A program made the position numbers and the translations under genes. Under the pieces are notes generated by a model, which saw only the letters and a list, made by a program, of their open reading frames with translations, was not told the DNA's origin and ran no database searches. This document shows positions 12,501 through 24,662 of a stretch of DNA of 64,000 nt, in pieces. Each line of letters opens with the position of its first letter. The stretch's first letter is position 1. Origin of the DNA: Ascidiella aspersa (lineage: Eukaryota); assembly GCA_963924565.1 (NCBI GenBank), contig OZ004610.1, forward strand, positions 5,952,001-6,016,000, written 5' to 3'.

Positions 12501-15500
12501 GCACCGACCAAGTAAGTCTTTCAACCAATATGTGGCCTGAAGAAACCTGTTTTGGTCAGTGCCAATTTGCTTTGTGCTTCAAATGACCTTTTCTATGCCA
12601 TTCTAGCGCTTTAGGTTATAATTTTTAATATAACCTACCACACCATAAATATGTATTACCGTACTATATGTTATGCCTTTGGTTGCCCAAAACAGTTGTG
12701 TGTCCAGGTCTATTTAAGTTTTTTCGCCAAACAATTTCTGGGGTAAACCAAAACTGACGTATCTGCGTTTGTCGTATAGGTGTATATTATTCTGTTTATA
12801 ATGTAATCTTAGATCAATAGTTTATTTTGTATTTTGACCGAAATTTATTTGTATTTTGACCTCAATTTATGACGTTATCTGTGAAAATGTCGTGCCTACC
12901 GTGGTCCACGCGAAGCAAAAAATTGAATTAGGGGTCCGCGGTAAAAACGTTTAAGAACCCCTGGTTTAAACCCTTTTATGTGGTTGCCCTTGTAACAGCA
13001 ATTACCAATTTGCCCCTAATCAAAGCTCACAATACGTCACGGAACATTACAAGGCAGGTCTCCCAAGTTAGCATGTGAAGCACAAATTTAAATTAAACCG
13101 GTGAATACTTACTGTAAAACCTTCAACGTTTAATGTCAGAACAAGCATACATCCCAAAACAAACAATACAATCTTAAACAGTGGTAAATATAAAACTTTT
13201 GTTTTTTTCGTCCAGCGACATCGCAAACAGTTGGGTGCAGGTGGGTCAGGATGTGTACACCCTCGCCTGTTGGGAGCACACCTACGCAAAAGGGACTTTC
13301 CCCAGCTGGGGTGAGAACACAGACAGTCCCGAGCTCAAGAAGGACATTTATTGCTGCACTGCAGGTCAGTGGTCGATAAAATGACCGATAATATCGGATC
13401 GGGGTAATCTCAGTCGTCGTTGGGTTCCAATTAGAGATATCGGTTTACCGATAATATCGGCCGATATTTGAATTCTACCGATATATCGGTATCGGTAATA
13501 GTAGGCCTAGGCCGATACTTTGGCCGATATTTTAGTATGAAAATATTATATATTTTTTCCTGTACAAGCAACTTACCCATTTTTGATAAAAAAAAATTGG
13601 GTTTTAGCATCACGCCAAGTTAATATGCAAAATAATAGTTCAATATTTAATAAAGGTAAATAAAATAAAACTTTATTAAGATGTTATTTTCAATTAGTTG
13701 AAGTTTTGAACATTTCCCAAGTATATAAAAATCGGTATCGGGTATCGGTTGACAAAAAAAAAATTATATCGGTCAACCTCTATAGTTCCAATCATATATA
13801 AACATGCTGTTGCTACCAGGCATAGCATCAACTGAAAATAAGCTTCTGGTATTTATTTGTCCGTCCAACATTTCGGCTAATTATCCAGGTCCCGATGTGA
13901 ATTTTCTGAAAAAAAAACAGCCTGAGACCTTTCGCCCAGTGAAACACGCTCCCAAGTTTCTCCGAACGACAAACCGCCGAATAACACTCTTGGACGTCCG
14001 CACGCCGAAAATTCCCCGATTATGGCCACCAACTTGCCCCCCGCAGCCGCATCCAGACACCTACCCACGTCATCACTGACCTCGAACCAGACCTAAAGTT
14101 TGACAGTTATTTTGTCTGGCGGTATTGTTTCGCGTAATGGCGTAACTGTGGTTTAATTTATAAAACGCTTTCATGTCCCAAATTTAGCCCCAACCTAATT
14201 TTCGTCTCTAAACGAAAAGTCTGCTTTTCAGGTTTTATCAGTTTTTTTATTAAAATCTATAATAACCAGCAATTTAGGCGAGCAAAACATGTCAAGTTTA
14301 CTCGCATTTGAGATTTCCTTTTGAATGAGAATAGTTTTCCATTTTATTTCAATTGGTTTTCGATTTATAAAAAGGTGAAAAAATTGTGGTTTTAGACTTC
14401 CTGTTCTGTATTAAAGTTTAATCGCTGTTTATCTCAAAAAAAATAAAAAGAAAAATTTTGTCTGAAAATAATTCCCTCTGGTATTTATTTGTTTGTCCGA
14501 CGTTTCGGCTAACTATCCACGAAGCCTTCATCATGGAACTTTCCAGATGAAGGCTTTCATGACTGATAGCAAAAGCATTTTTATATCATTTTTCAACAGA
14601 AATAATATTTAGAGATGTAAATAATGTCGATAATAATATCGGATCGGAGCCGATTTTCGATGCCAATTGTTGTCGGTTCTCGTCCGATACCGACCTGGTA
14701 TCTGTACCGATACGATTATAAATTAATTTAAATTGATTAACGTAATTGATTGACACCTGGAGATAAGTAACCTTCGATGCTAAAGGAAATTTTGGCCTAT
14801 TAACCTACAAAAATACCTCTGAATGTTTTTATTTAATCTATTTTACTTGTTTGCGCATAGTAATGATATAATTTAATATAAAATAACGGGTGTCAGTTAC
14901 GCAACAAAGTCTCTCTAATATCATTTATAAAAGTTCTACGACTTCGTGAACACGCGCAACAATCGTTTTTCAACTATGTGTGTTACATATATAACTTAAT
15001 TCTAACAACATTCTTTCGCAGAAACACACAGCTTCACCTACTGCAAGCAAGTGTCGCGCGTATTCCTCATTCAGGTTGACTTCCCACACCGAACAGACCG
15101 ATACTTTCCGGGGGAGAGGTGGACCCTACCTTCCGGCATGTGGTGTCGATGCGCCGATGACGGTTACTCTGAGTGCACCAACCCCGATAACTGCTTTGGA
15201 GGTTTCACGCCGGTGTGTCTTGTTCATTTCGATATTATACTTTGCGGGTAATCATTCGCCTGGAGTTCGACGAAATCCGACGGTCGCTTCGGACACCGTG
15301 TTTAAATACCGGCGTTTAATGGAATTTAATCGATCTATTTGATTGTCCGAACGTTTCAAATTACAATTAAAGTGACGTTAAAAGGTTTAGGAAAGACAAA
15401 GCACCAAGTCTAAAAAAATCGTTAATTAAAAAAAAACAACAACTGGTGACTAAATATCGGCCGAAAATTTGCTTGAAATAAAAAAGGAGAATAATAAGGT

Positions 15501-18500
15501 ACTATACGTAACGCTAACCAATTACCAATTTGTTTGTTTATACAATACACATTTTCAACTAAATACGTTATGATTTTAAGCGAAAGTTTACCATTTATTT
15601 TCCTAAAAAAGATTCTATACTCGTATTGTTTAGGCAAATTTTGTATCGACTGTAGAAATAACAAATAGCAGATTTTATGCGCACGCGATAATATTTTGAT
15701 TTTGTGGTTTCAATGGAAATATTTTGTTTTTGTGGGTTTATTGCCCAAAACAATCTTCAAATGTTTTTGTTCTTGCTGTCTTGATATGGTGGCCACTGAA
15801 CAATTTTGTTTATACTTTTTGAGGTTTTCTGCCAGACACAAGCTAAAGTTTTCGACGAACCTTTGAAAAGTGCGTGCTGTTGTGGTGTGAGAGGTGTTAA
15901 AATATCAGAACACAATGGCGTAAGACGTATAGGACGTGGGTATATGACATCAGTCGAACAGAACAAATATTGTATAGAAGGGCGTATCTTTATGGAATCC
16001 AAAACCATTGGCAGCAGGTTTCTGCTTGTTGATCACTGTTCCGCTGACGCGTATATAAACAAGAAAACTCAAAGTTTAAAAAATTGAACAAATATTGTGT
16101 TGCTCCCGCATACTTAAATTTGCTAATATTGAAACCAGGGATGTTTGCCAAATATGCTATTCCGCCTTTACAATTTATAGTTGGCGGCAATGTCGGTTTT
16201 AAAATTTGGTACTGCGCATGCGCAAGTCGGACTCGGGTAGTTTTACGTGATCTTACTCGGGTCCCGAGTCCGACTCCAGCAAAATAAACTGACTCAGTCG
16301 ATTCCTGATTCCGACTCTGCAACCCTGATTTAAACTGCTTGTTTTTTCACGGAAATATGCTGATGGCGATTCTAGAAACGTTGAATGGTATGTTCTATAT
16401 AAATTAACTGCAATTGTATACAAATGGAACAGAAACAACGCTAAAAATGTATACGGAAAAGGCAACGAAACTGAAAACAAATGTCTTGGTTTTCCAACAA
16501 CAAAATAATAGAATAATGCTGTTAATCGCGAAAAAAGGTTTTTACGATACTGTAGATATGATTTTGGCAGAACCTTTCATGTTTCGTTTTTAGACCGTTT
16601 TAGGTAAAAAAAAAGTTTGTCAAAAAAGCGTCCTAAACCGAAGTGATTTTCTTAAAAGTATGTCCGGCCAATCATATTTATCCTAAAGGCGCCTGCGCTT
16701 CATTTTTTAATGAAAATAAAAGTCTAACCCCAAAACGATAACATTTGTTCCTTGCGCTTTTCCAGGGTCAGGTGTTTTGCAGTGGTCGGAACGAGCCGTT
16801 CGCCCAGCAGTGTACCTTTCCTGTTGAAGAGGACCGACAACCGCCCGGCAAGTATGTGAGCCTGGGCGACGTTTATACCCATTACAACGAGGAATGCGCC
16901 GTCTGCGTCGAAACGGGATGCAGTAGGTGTTAGTTTGTATTTACTTTAATACGTTGGTGCCTGTTACGGATTTGTAACATAATACTTGGTTATTTGGTCG
17001 TCATATTTAGAATCTTTCCATATCAAATATTATCGAGACTTAATTTAGGTCTCGGTTCGTGGGAAACTTACAGGCTTTGACATTTGAAATTGTGTACAAA
17101 GTTACTGTTCAGTTTTGTTTTCAATTAATTGGATAAAGAGCTGCTAATTTTATTTACTAATTCCTTAATCAATTCATGATCATTACGTACTCTTATATAT
17201 CCAAAAAGAACTTCAAATCTTAAAAAAATAAACTGCACACTAACGCCAAATACGGCACGATCAGCAGTTCTGCTGAAAAACTTAATTTAAAAGAAATCAC
17301 TTGACGCCCTTCTAGGATAACTATAGTATTCTTTGTTTTCAAAAAAGTTGTTTTAAATCCTTTTAACATTTTTTGGTTCTTTTTGGGTTTTGCGATATTG
17401 AACAGGCCTAGATCCTTATATAAACTATACTATTATTGTTTTTGTAATACGCTTTTATACAACTCATTACCTATTACACAGACGCGATAAGAAAATCGCA
17501 TTTTTGCGTTTTCTTGTTCGACTTTGTGAAATTTTGCCTAAAAACCTATCAATACCAAAATAGTGAATTAAAAATCATCCCGTAACAGTAGTGACTGCCT
17601 CCTAGCTTATAGATAACGTTTTGCGGCTATAATTTGAAAACTATATCTCGGCGTAAATGGTTCTCTGTTTTCGTCAGAAATTTGGGTGGCCCAGTGGGGT
17701 GAATGGGGCGAGTGGGGCGCCTGCTCGGCCGAATGTGGAACCGGGATGCAGCGTCGATTCCGCACATGTGAGGACGGGAACCTGTGTTTTGGCGATGACC
17801 ACGGGAGACAGTCGTGCACCATCCAACCTTGTCCGGGTGAGTATATGTATATAGGGCAGTTTTGCCCAAGTAAAGTAAAGTATCTACAGCAACTAGACAA
17901 ACAACTTTTATGCAAAGTTTGTATCAAAATCGAAAGAAATCTGTAAGCTCTGTATCAAAATCGAAATAAATTTTGTCCTGGTGGGGTATATGTACTTAGA
18001 GCAGCTTTTCCAAGTAAAGTGCAGTATCTAAAAACAACTAGATAAACAACTTTTGCGAAAAGTTTGGTTTTAAAATCGAAATAAATCTTGTCCTGGTGAG
18101 TATATGTATAGGGCAGCGTTTCGTTAATCCTGAGTCCGTGGGCTCATTTGAGTCACTGCAACGTCCTGGGCGAGTTGGCAAGCACATTAACTGTGCAGTG
18201 TTTGTTCAATTATCTATATTCCATAATGTGTCGCACATTACTGGCTGTTAGAACTAGGGATGTCCATCACTTGATTTTTTTACCCGATACCGATGCACGA
18301 TATTTTAGAAAAATAGTATCCCGATCCGATTCGATGCGTTAAAGTACTGATCATAAAAGAAGCCAAGTCAAGTCATTAAAAAAAAAAAAATTGAAGTGCA
18401 CTTAAGTGAAGTCCTTGACTTAAGCCATTACAACACTGGGTATTTGACCAATTTACCCACACACCTGAAGGATCCTTCATTTATTACATGCAAAGTGTGT

Positions 18501-21500
18501 AAATCGAAATTAATTTTCGCTAATTTGACTTTAACAGATCAGGACGTGCCTCCCAACACTTGGTCGGAAGGGATGCTGAACAATCACAATTACTACAGGC
18601 GAGGTCACGGCGCCGATCAGCTGACCTGGGATTCGGCGCTTGCAGCCACGGCTCAGAAATACGTCGATTATTTGGTGTCCATCAACGCAACCACAGTCGT
18701 GCATTCAAGCCAAGGCGAGATTTTCATTTTCGTAAAAACTGCATAGACCAGGGTCCGCAAACAGTTGGCCGCGAGACCATTCACTTTGGGTGGCAAAAGA
18801 CTCAAAATGTATTATTAGCAGCTTATCTTTGGTAAGTTATTTTATGATTTGCATAACTAGGCTATACTCAAAATCATATACAAGAGAGCCGGACATCTTA
18901 CTTTTAGCACGGCTGGCATTGTCATACAACATATACACTAAGCCTAGTAAAAAAGGGGACCTTACACACTATTTTTGGCCGACTTATACTGCCGAGATAC
19001 CAAACTCTATTGCGTAACCAGAATTTGGGTTTGCTTTCTAGTGTTGTTACTTGAGAAACTATTTTGTGTATTTCCTGTAGCTGTATCCAAATCTATACCA
19101 CCTGGTATTGGATATCGGCGCAAAACCGATAATATTCGACAAACGGAGTTACGAATGTCGCGCGTTATCATAAATGCCTCGACCCGGCCTTTTATATAAA
19201 ACGATGGCCAACTAGCACAAAAATTGCATGAAACCAAAACTTTAGATATTTGTATTAATTTAGGTTGGTATCCGGACGGTGAAGTTTACCGATTGTACGG
19301 AGTGTCTGAGATGATGGCCTACACAACCAAACCAAACAAAGTTGAACCAGAGGTTTATCTCCCAGGTAGTATCTCAAATTTTCGACATTGTGTACATGTG
19401 AAATAATCGAGATCTCCAATAGCATACTAGAAGCATAACATAGGTTCTGCACTATTTCAACAAAATTAAGTGCCAAAATTAAATTATAAACTGACATTTT
19501 CAATTAATGCAGAACGCGTTTAAATATTTACGGTTAAATATTCTTAGTGTGAACTAAGTCGTTTTTACTAATAATAAACACAATAATGTTGCAGAAATAT
19601 ACAAAACATAATATCTAATTTAGAAAAAAAAACACCAATAAAAGCCTATTTATTTTTTTTGGATTCAAGCAAAACCACAAAGGTTGTAAAAGAGATCCAA
19701 AAACAACTTTATTCAAGAAAAGCAGAATACTATAGTTACGCAAAAAGCATCGTCAGTTCTGCTAATATACTACAAACACAACGAAACACCAAAATTATAT
19801 ATAAATAAAATAAAATAAAACTATTCAAAAGTTTAAAAAGCCAATAACAGAATTACAATACAGTTCAGTAGAGCTGTTAACCAATACTGACGTTAAAATG
19901 GCAAAATAAAGAGCTACTATAATAAACGGAATCACAATGCCTGAAGCAAAACAACGCCAAGAAAACGCAAAGAAATTCTGAGGTCGCGCAAAAGTAGGTC
20001 AAGAAAAGAGAAAAAAACGTAAGGTGCAAGGATTATTTAATAGTGGGTGTTATAATATTCTGAATATTGATGGTAGCTCCTATTTTATTTAACCAAATGT
20101 CCTCATGAAAGTCCAGCTGGACCATTTCGGGTTGTGCAACAAATGTTACATTGTAACACTCGTGTATTGGGGGTTTTCTTTCTAGTTCATTAATGTGATG
20201 TGTGGCGTAGTGTCGTAAGAGGGCAGATTGGTCATTATTGTCTGAAATGTCAAACTTTTTCCAATGGTTTCTATGTGCGGTCCATCTTGTAGAGAATTTA
20301 TTTTTTGTTTGGCCGACATACTGATTTTTACATAATTTACATGTCGCGACATAAATCCCGTAGTTAGAACACGTTAGATTGCGTTTGAGTTTGATATAAC
20401 CTTGTGGAGTGTAGAGCTGTTTAGAACAGTTAACCATAGAAGTTTTATATTTTCCATAATTGCCACACAAAGCACACTTTCCACATGGGCCCGACTTGCC
20501 TTCATCAATATTTTGACTGTTGAAAGCTAAACGGCGATAATTTGTAAGGATTACTCCGAGTGTTTGCGGGTTTTTATACGTTATAGTTGTTGTAGGTGCT
20601 AACTTCCTTTCTTTAATCGTCATCCTTAGTATCTTGGGAAACTGGGAGGGCCAAACTGTTATATCCTCTGCTTTTCTTTTTTCTTTTTTTGGAGGGCCGA
20701 AACGTTCTTTCCAGGAACTAGCCTTCTGGATGATGTCATTTACCATGTTTTTAGGGAAACCCGAGTTGTCTGCTTTTTATTTATTTTGCCATTTTAACGT
20801 CAGTATTGGTTAACAGCTCTACTGAACTGTATTGTAATTCTGTTATTGGCTTTTTAAACTTTTGAATAGTTTTATTTTATTTTATTTATATATAATTTTG
20901 GTGTTTCGTTGTGTTTGTAGTATATTAGCAGAACTGACGATGCTTTTTGCGTAACTATAGTATTCTGCTTTTCTTGAATAAAGTTGTTTTTGGATCTCTT
21001 TTACAACCTTTGTGGTTTTGCTTGAATCTTACGATATGGAGAAGAGATCAACAACTAGCAATGTTGGAGCAGGCTTAGATCCCAAAATTAACAAAAATAG
21101 TAATAATATTATTATTATTTCATCAATCAATTATTTTTTTTTTGGCTTTTACAATTTTTTCTTTAGCGCATTGCAACTGAATACTTTTATATTTAACCAA
21201 ATCCAGCTTATCGTGGTGCCAGGGGATATTACAGCGAGGTTGCGTATTACGACTGGGACAACCCTGGACAACCACTGCCTGCCTACTCGTCCAATGTGAT
21301 CGGTAAGTTTAGCCCAGCGGTTCCCAAACTTTTATAAAAAAAAATTGCCTGGCGGACCCTTTGCAATTCTTTTGATATTTCGCGGCCCTATAAAAATTCA
21401 AGGGTCAGTTGACCCATGTTTTTTTGTAGTACACTAGTGCAGTCACGATTCTTTCTAATGTAACTTTCTTACTAATGCGAACGATTCGCTGATAGCAGTT

Positions 21501-23327
21501 AGTTCAGCCTAATAGATGATTTATGATGTCACAAGAGACATCAACAAACACGCTATATTATCGAATAATAAAGCACAACTAAAGACTAAAAATGTTTTTA
21601 ACATAGTCTAATGCTAATGTTAAAAAACATTCGCTAATGAGTGATGTTTAAAAAATTAAAGACTAATTCTCCTTGCGGACCCAGAAACTGTTGTACGGAC
21701 CCCAGTTGGTCCGCGTACCCCAGTTTAGGAACCGCTGGTTTAGCCTACAACAGTGCCTGAAAACCCGAAACGGTCCGAAACGGTCCGAAATGGTGTCCCC
21801 GTAAAAGAATTGCTACCGAGACGGCATTTTGGTAAAATACTTTTCGCAGGTACGCCTTGCTTTGAAAATGTCAATTTTACCAGGCCACCCCCCTCTTCTT
21901 GAATGTATTTAATTTAATATTTGAGTGGAAAATATGACTACAGTGCACCACATCGAACGACAAACTCCGGTTTCCCATAATACCTTGTTTTAGACGTGCC
22001 GTTATGACGTAACTGTGTGACGACATCCCTAAAAATCTTCAAGCGTATCGGTAGAAAGTTTGTCATCGTTTTCTTTACGTGATGGAGTAATCTGCTTGAC
22101 AATTCGATTTGAATTGCATTTTTTCCCCAAGGGTAAACGAGTATCTGTATCCTTTTTTGTTCAGTCGAGATAACTTTTTTTTTGATAGGATGACCATTTT
22201 TCTTATCGATAACTGAAAAATCGACAGGTCACTTCACACAACTGCTGTGGAATTCGACGCAGAAGATGGGATGCGGACTGGCAAGGTCCGAGCTCCCGGT
22301 TTCAGACGGCAAGTACGTGTACATGTCAGCGTGCCACTATTTCCCCGGTGGCAATGTGGCATTCGCCAGCTGGCAGTGGCAAGCCGAAGTGCCGCATTAC
22401 GTTGAAGGTGAAAGCTTGTTGCAGAAGCGAATTAAAAACTTTTTGTTAGACTAAGTAAAATGGTCATTTAATGGTGGTCCAGCGGTATATACTAAACTTA
22501 AGATGTTTTTATAAATGTATTTTTATATAATGTATTTCGTCAAAAAAGGGCAAAAAATGTATTTTCCAAATACAAGGTGCATATTTCAGATTCAGATTCA
22601 ATTTATTTTTGTGTATGTTTCCAATCATCGAAAAACTAAAAAAACAAAAAAGAATAACACAAGGACAGCGAAAGGACCTTTCGGTCATCGAGTCGAGCTG
22701 CCCATATGTTTTTTAATATTAAATAAAGTGACTTTGTCGACAAGAATATTGCGAGAACCGTCGATTAAAAACGACCTACATATTTACTCGAATACATAAC
22801 TTTTTTTCTTCTCTATTTTAAACACAGGGAAAACAAATTATTAAAGATAAGCTCCCAGGCAACTAACGACCATTTACTTTTGTGTATCGCCATATACTTC
22901 CTCTTTTTAAAGCCGACTTCTTTTTGGAAATTCGATCAGAAGATAACATCGCGAAAAAGCGTAACATGATCGGCACACTTTCGGCATATTCACACTGATA
23001 AATGATAAATGACATACAATTCAGAACAGTTTTGCACGGTTCGTCTTTGTGCACAGGTTTCTAAGTATACTCGAATACGTAACTCGCTCAGGTCTGATCT
23101 GTGAAGTCGAGTGCGGCGCCAACAAGTGCTGGTCGTTCACCGGGCTGGATACCGACGGTGTGACGTCATCAGCATGCCAGTGTGATGACGCAATCAGTCC
23201 AAGTTGCACCACCCCCTGCTTTGTCTTCTGCCCGGGCGTGGAATGGGCCGAGTCCTGTCACGGGCATACAGAGTGTCATTGCACTTCCAAATCGGCGGTT
23301 TGCGACGGTTTTCCTATTGTGACTTGA
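9586..23327 (+). CDS. Mosaic membrane-anchored protein: TM + Thr-rich stalk + C-type-lectin-like module + Cys-rich (VWC/FN1-like) modules + TSP1 + CAP/SCP(PR-1) domain + Cys-rich tail; 12 exons, ~690 aa
   Basis: Phase-consistent exons: 9586-9820, 10925-11134, 12331-12511, 13216-13364, 15022-15212, 16766-16922, 17678-17836, 18538-18714, 19264-19365, 21207-21302, 22228-22407, 23092-23327 (2073 nt). TSP1: WGEWGEWGACSAECGTGMQRRFRTC. CAP: HNYYRRGHGADQLTWDSALAATAQ...VVHS...GHFTQLLWNSTQKMGCG...CHYFPGGN. Confidence 0.8.
12034..12287. repeat. Tandem duplication, two ~127-bp units
   Basis: ATTATGAAAGCATCAAT.GATAGTTTACCG...CACCCGGCTGTA repeated with few mismatches. Confidence 0.9.
13432..13782. mobile_element. 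hAT-type MITE with TATCGG/CCGATA subterminal repeats
   Basis: TAGAG...CTCTA termini, many TATCGG motifs, GTTCCAAT near both flanks. Related fragments at about 14610-14720, 18255-18340 and 62540-62640. Confidence 0.55.
14493..14540 (-). ncRNA. Degenerate hammerhead-like motif (PLE pseudo-LTR remnant)
   Basis: Minus strand TCC-ATGATGA-AGGC...GCC-GAAAC-GTC-GGA followed by AATAAA; C3 is replaced by A. A partial second copy lies at about 13846-13890. Confidence 0.45.
17200..17415. mobile_element. Degenerate fold-back remnant of the same Penelope pseudo-LTR family
   Basis: CAGTTCTGCT (minus arm) and TAACTATAGTATTCT...AAAGTTGTTTTAAATCC...CAGGCCTAGATCC (plus arm) match segments of 20927-21082. Confidence 0.55.
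17829..18120. repeat. Degenerate tandem repeat (two full ~120-140-bp units plus a partial third) containing the exon 7 splice donor
   Basis: TTGTCC(G/T)GGTG(A/G)GTATATGTA at about 17829, 17973 and 18088. Confidence 0.8.
19721..19763 (-). ncRNA. Minimal type I hammerhead ribozyme (identical copy, sense to the PLE ORF)
   Basis: Exact reverse complement of 20927-20969, downstream of the GIY-YIG stop codon and upstream of AATAAA. Confidence 0.7.
20033..20746 (-). CDS. Penelope-like element C-terminal fragment: Cys-rich linker + GIY-YIG endonuclease (RT missing)
   Basis: PCGKCALCG...LTCSNYGIYVATCKLCKNQYVGQTKNKFSTRWTAH...SALLRH...HEDIWL...INIQ. GIY / YVG / R / H / E / N pattern typical of PLE endonucleases. 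Confidence 0.9.
   Translation of the reverse strand: MVNDIIQKASSWKERFGPPKKEKRKAEDITVWPSQFPKILRMTIKERKLAPTTTITYKNPQTLGVILTNYRRLAFNSQNIDEGKSGPCGKCALCGNYGKYKTSMVNCSKQLYTPQGYIKLKRNLTCSNYGIYVATCKLCKNQYVGQTKNKFSTRWTAHRNHWKKFDISDNNDQSALLRHYATHHINELERKPPIHECYNVTFVAQPEMVQLDFHEDIWLNKIGATINIQNIITPTIK
20927..20969 (+). ncRNA. Minimal type I hammerhead ribozyme (variant core GUAA) in the inverted pseudo-LTR
   Basis: AGCAGAA-CTGACGA-TGC-TTTTT-GC-GTAA-CTATAG-TA-TTCTGCT: 7-bp stem I, CUGANGA box, 2-bp stem II, palindromic stem III (ACTATAGT), GUA cleavage triplet. Confidence 0.7.
21315..21737. mobile_element. hAT-type MITE
   Basis: TIR CAGCGGTTCC / GGAACCGCTG; perfect 8-bp TSD GTTTAGCC. Confidence 0.85.
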
Positions 23328-24662
23328 GTTGCTTCTTGCTGATTAACAATCCTGATTATATCTACAAATAGCTTGGTATAAAATCAGTTTTGTTTTTCAT
23401 GTTTATTTGCCAATTTGCGAATGTAGGGTAGCTAGTGTATGTTGTGCTTTTCGTATTTTTATGCTTGTCGATTTTTGTGTGGCAAATTTATTTAGATGCT
23501 TGTGCACCAGAATCATCAGCATATCCCAATAGTGCGCATAAGAGCGTCTCTTTTGAAGATTGAGATTTGTGTAGCAATAGGTTTTTGCCACTTTGGCATA
23601 GGCATATGATTTACCGATTTCAATCCTTTAGAATCAATTCTTTGTAGAAACGTAGTTTTGTTTTGTGATCAACATACTTGATAAATAAAGAAGCGCAAAA
23701 ATGTTACAAAACCTTACGTACAACAAGTGGAACACACTGGCCCCTAAACTATTTTGAGTGCAGTGCACCATAATTCCAGTGTTGGTTAATTTTATATTGA
23801 TTCACATACATTCGATACACTTTTTGGCCTGTCAGTCTTCCAGTGAATGTCATACCTGTAAGACACGATAGCTTAATGCAAACATCAGCTTTTTTATGTA
23901 TTGTATTTTCACCATTTTATCACCAATGAATGCTTTTTGTTCTTTTATAAAATCCAATGCATATATCGAATGATTCTTATATTGACCCACAATACTCATA
24001 TTTCCTACACTTGCTGGCGCGTGATTTCATGCTTATTTGTAATCCTGAATATTTACAGTATATCTTTGTAAAGAAAACGTAAAGCTATAAATCTGAAATC
24101 TCACAAAGCTTTATCTTCCATATCTCCCGAAACAAGAATCAAGTTTTCCACTACCGCGAAAAGTGTGGCAGCCATTTTCCCGTAAACTAAATTCAAGTCT
24201 ACCCTTGACGGCTTCCTCGAAGAGCGCCGCCTTTTCTAATAAACTTAGTTCGGTGAAAGTTGAAGGACAAATCACGCAGATATGCGCTGTTTGCTTTCGG
24301 GGGCTAAGAGTTCCAGCTGCGTTTCTACACGAGTAAGTTGAGAGAAAAGTTGCGACAACAACCTATGACAGTGGTTCTCAACCTTTTTTCTTTCGTGGCC
24401 TATTACAAACAAATTCTGTGGCCTAATACATTTTTATGAAAGAAAAAACTGTAAGATGGCTTTAGAACAAAACACAGCAGAACATATTTCAAAACAGATT
24501 ATTTTTTCAACGCGTAAATTAGCGAGTTACTTGCGGCTGAACAATAAATTTGCATTCCTTTTTAATTCCTCCCCAAACCATTATTCCTGTAAAATGAAAT
24601 ATAGTGACACAAATTAAACTAAATCTAGCTTTTTTTTTTAACCGCTGACCTATGACCTAACA

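Larger units (their letters stand above)
19662..21120 (-). mobile_element. 5'-truncated Penelope-like retroelement (GIY-YIG endonuclease) with inverted pseudo-LTR, in intron 9 of the CAP gene
   Basis: ORF 20033-20746(-) lies between a near-perfect ~249-bp inverted repeat (19662-19910 vs 20780-21028). Each arm holds a hammerhead motif and AATAAA. The right arm continues into a short ATG-initiated tail (MEKRSTTSNVGAG...). Confidence 0.9.

Noticed and set aside
13804-14079. Pro/Thr-rich 91-aa ORF inside the mosaic gene
   Set aside because: Not needed for frame continuity, no convincing splice sites, and lies among repeat remnants.
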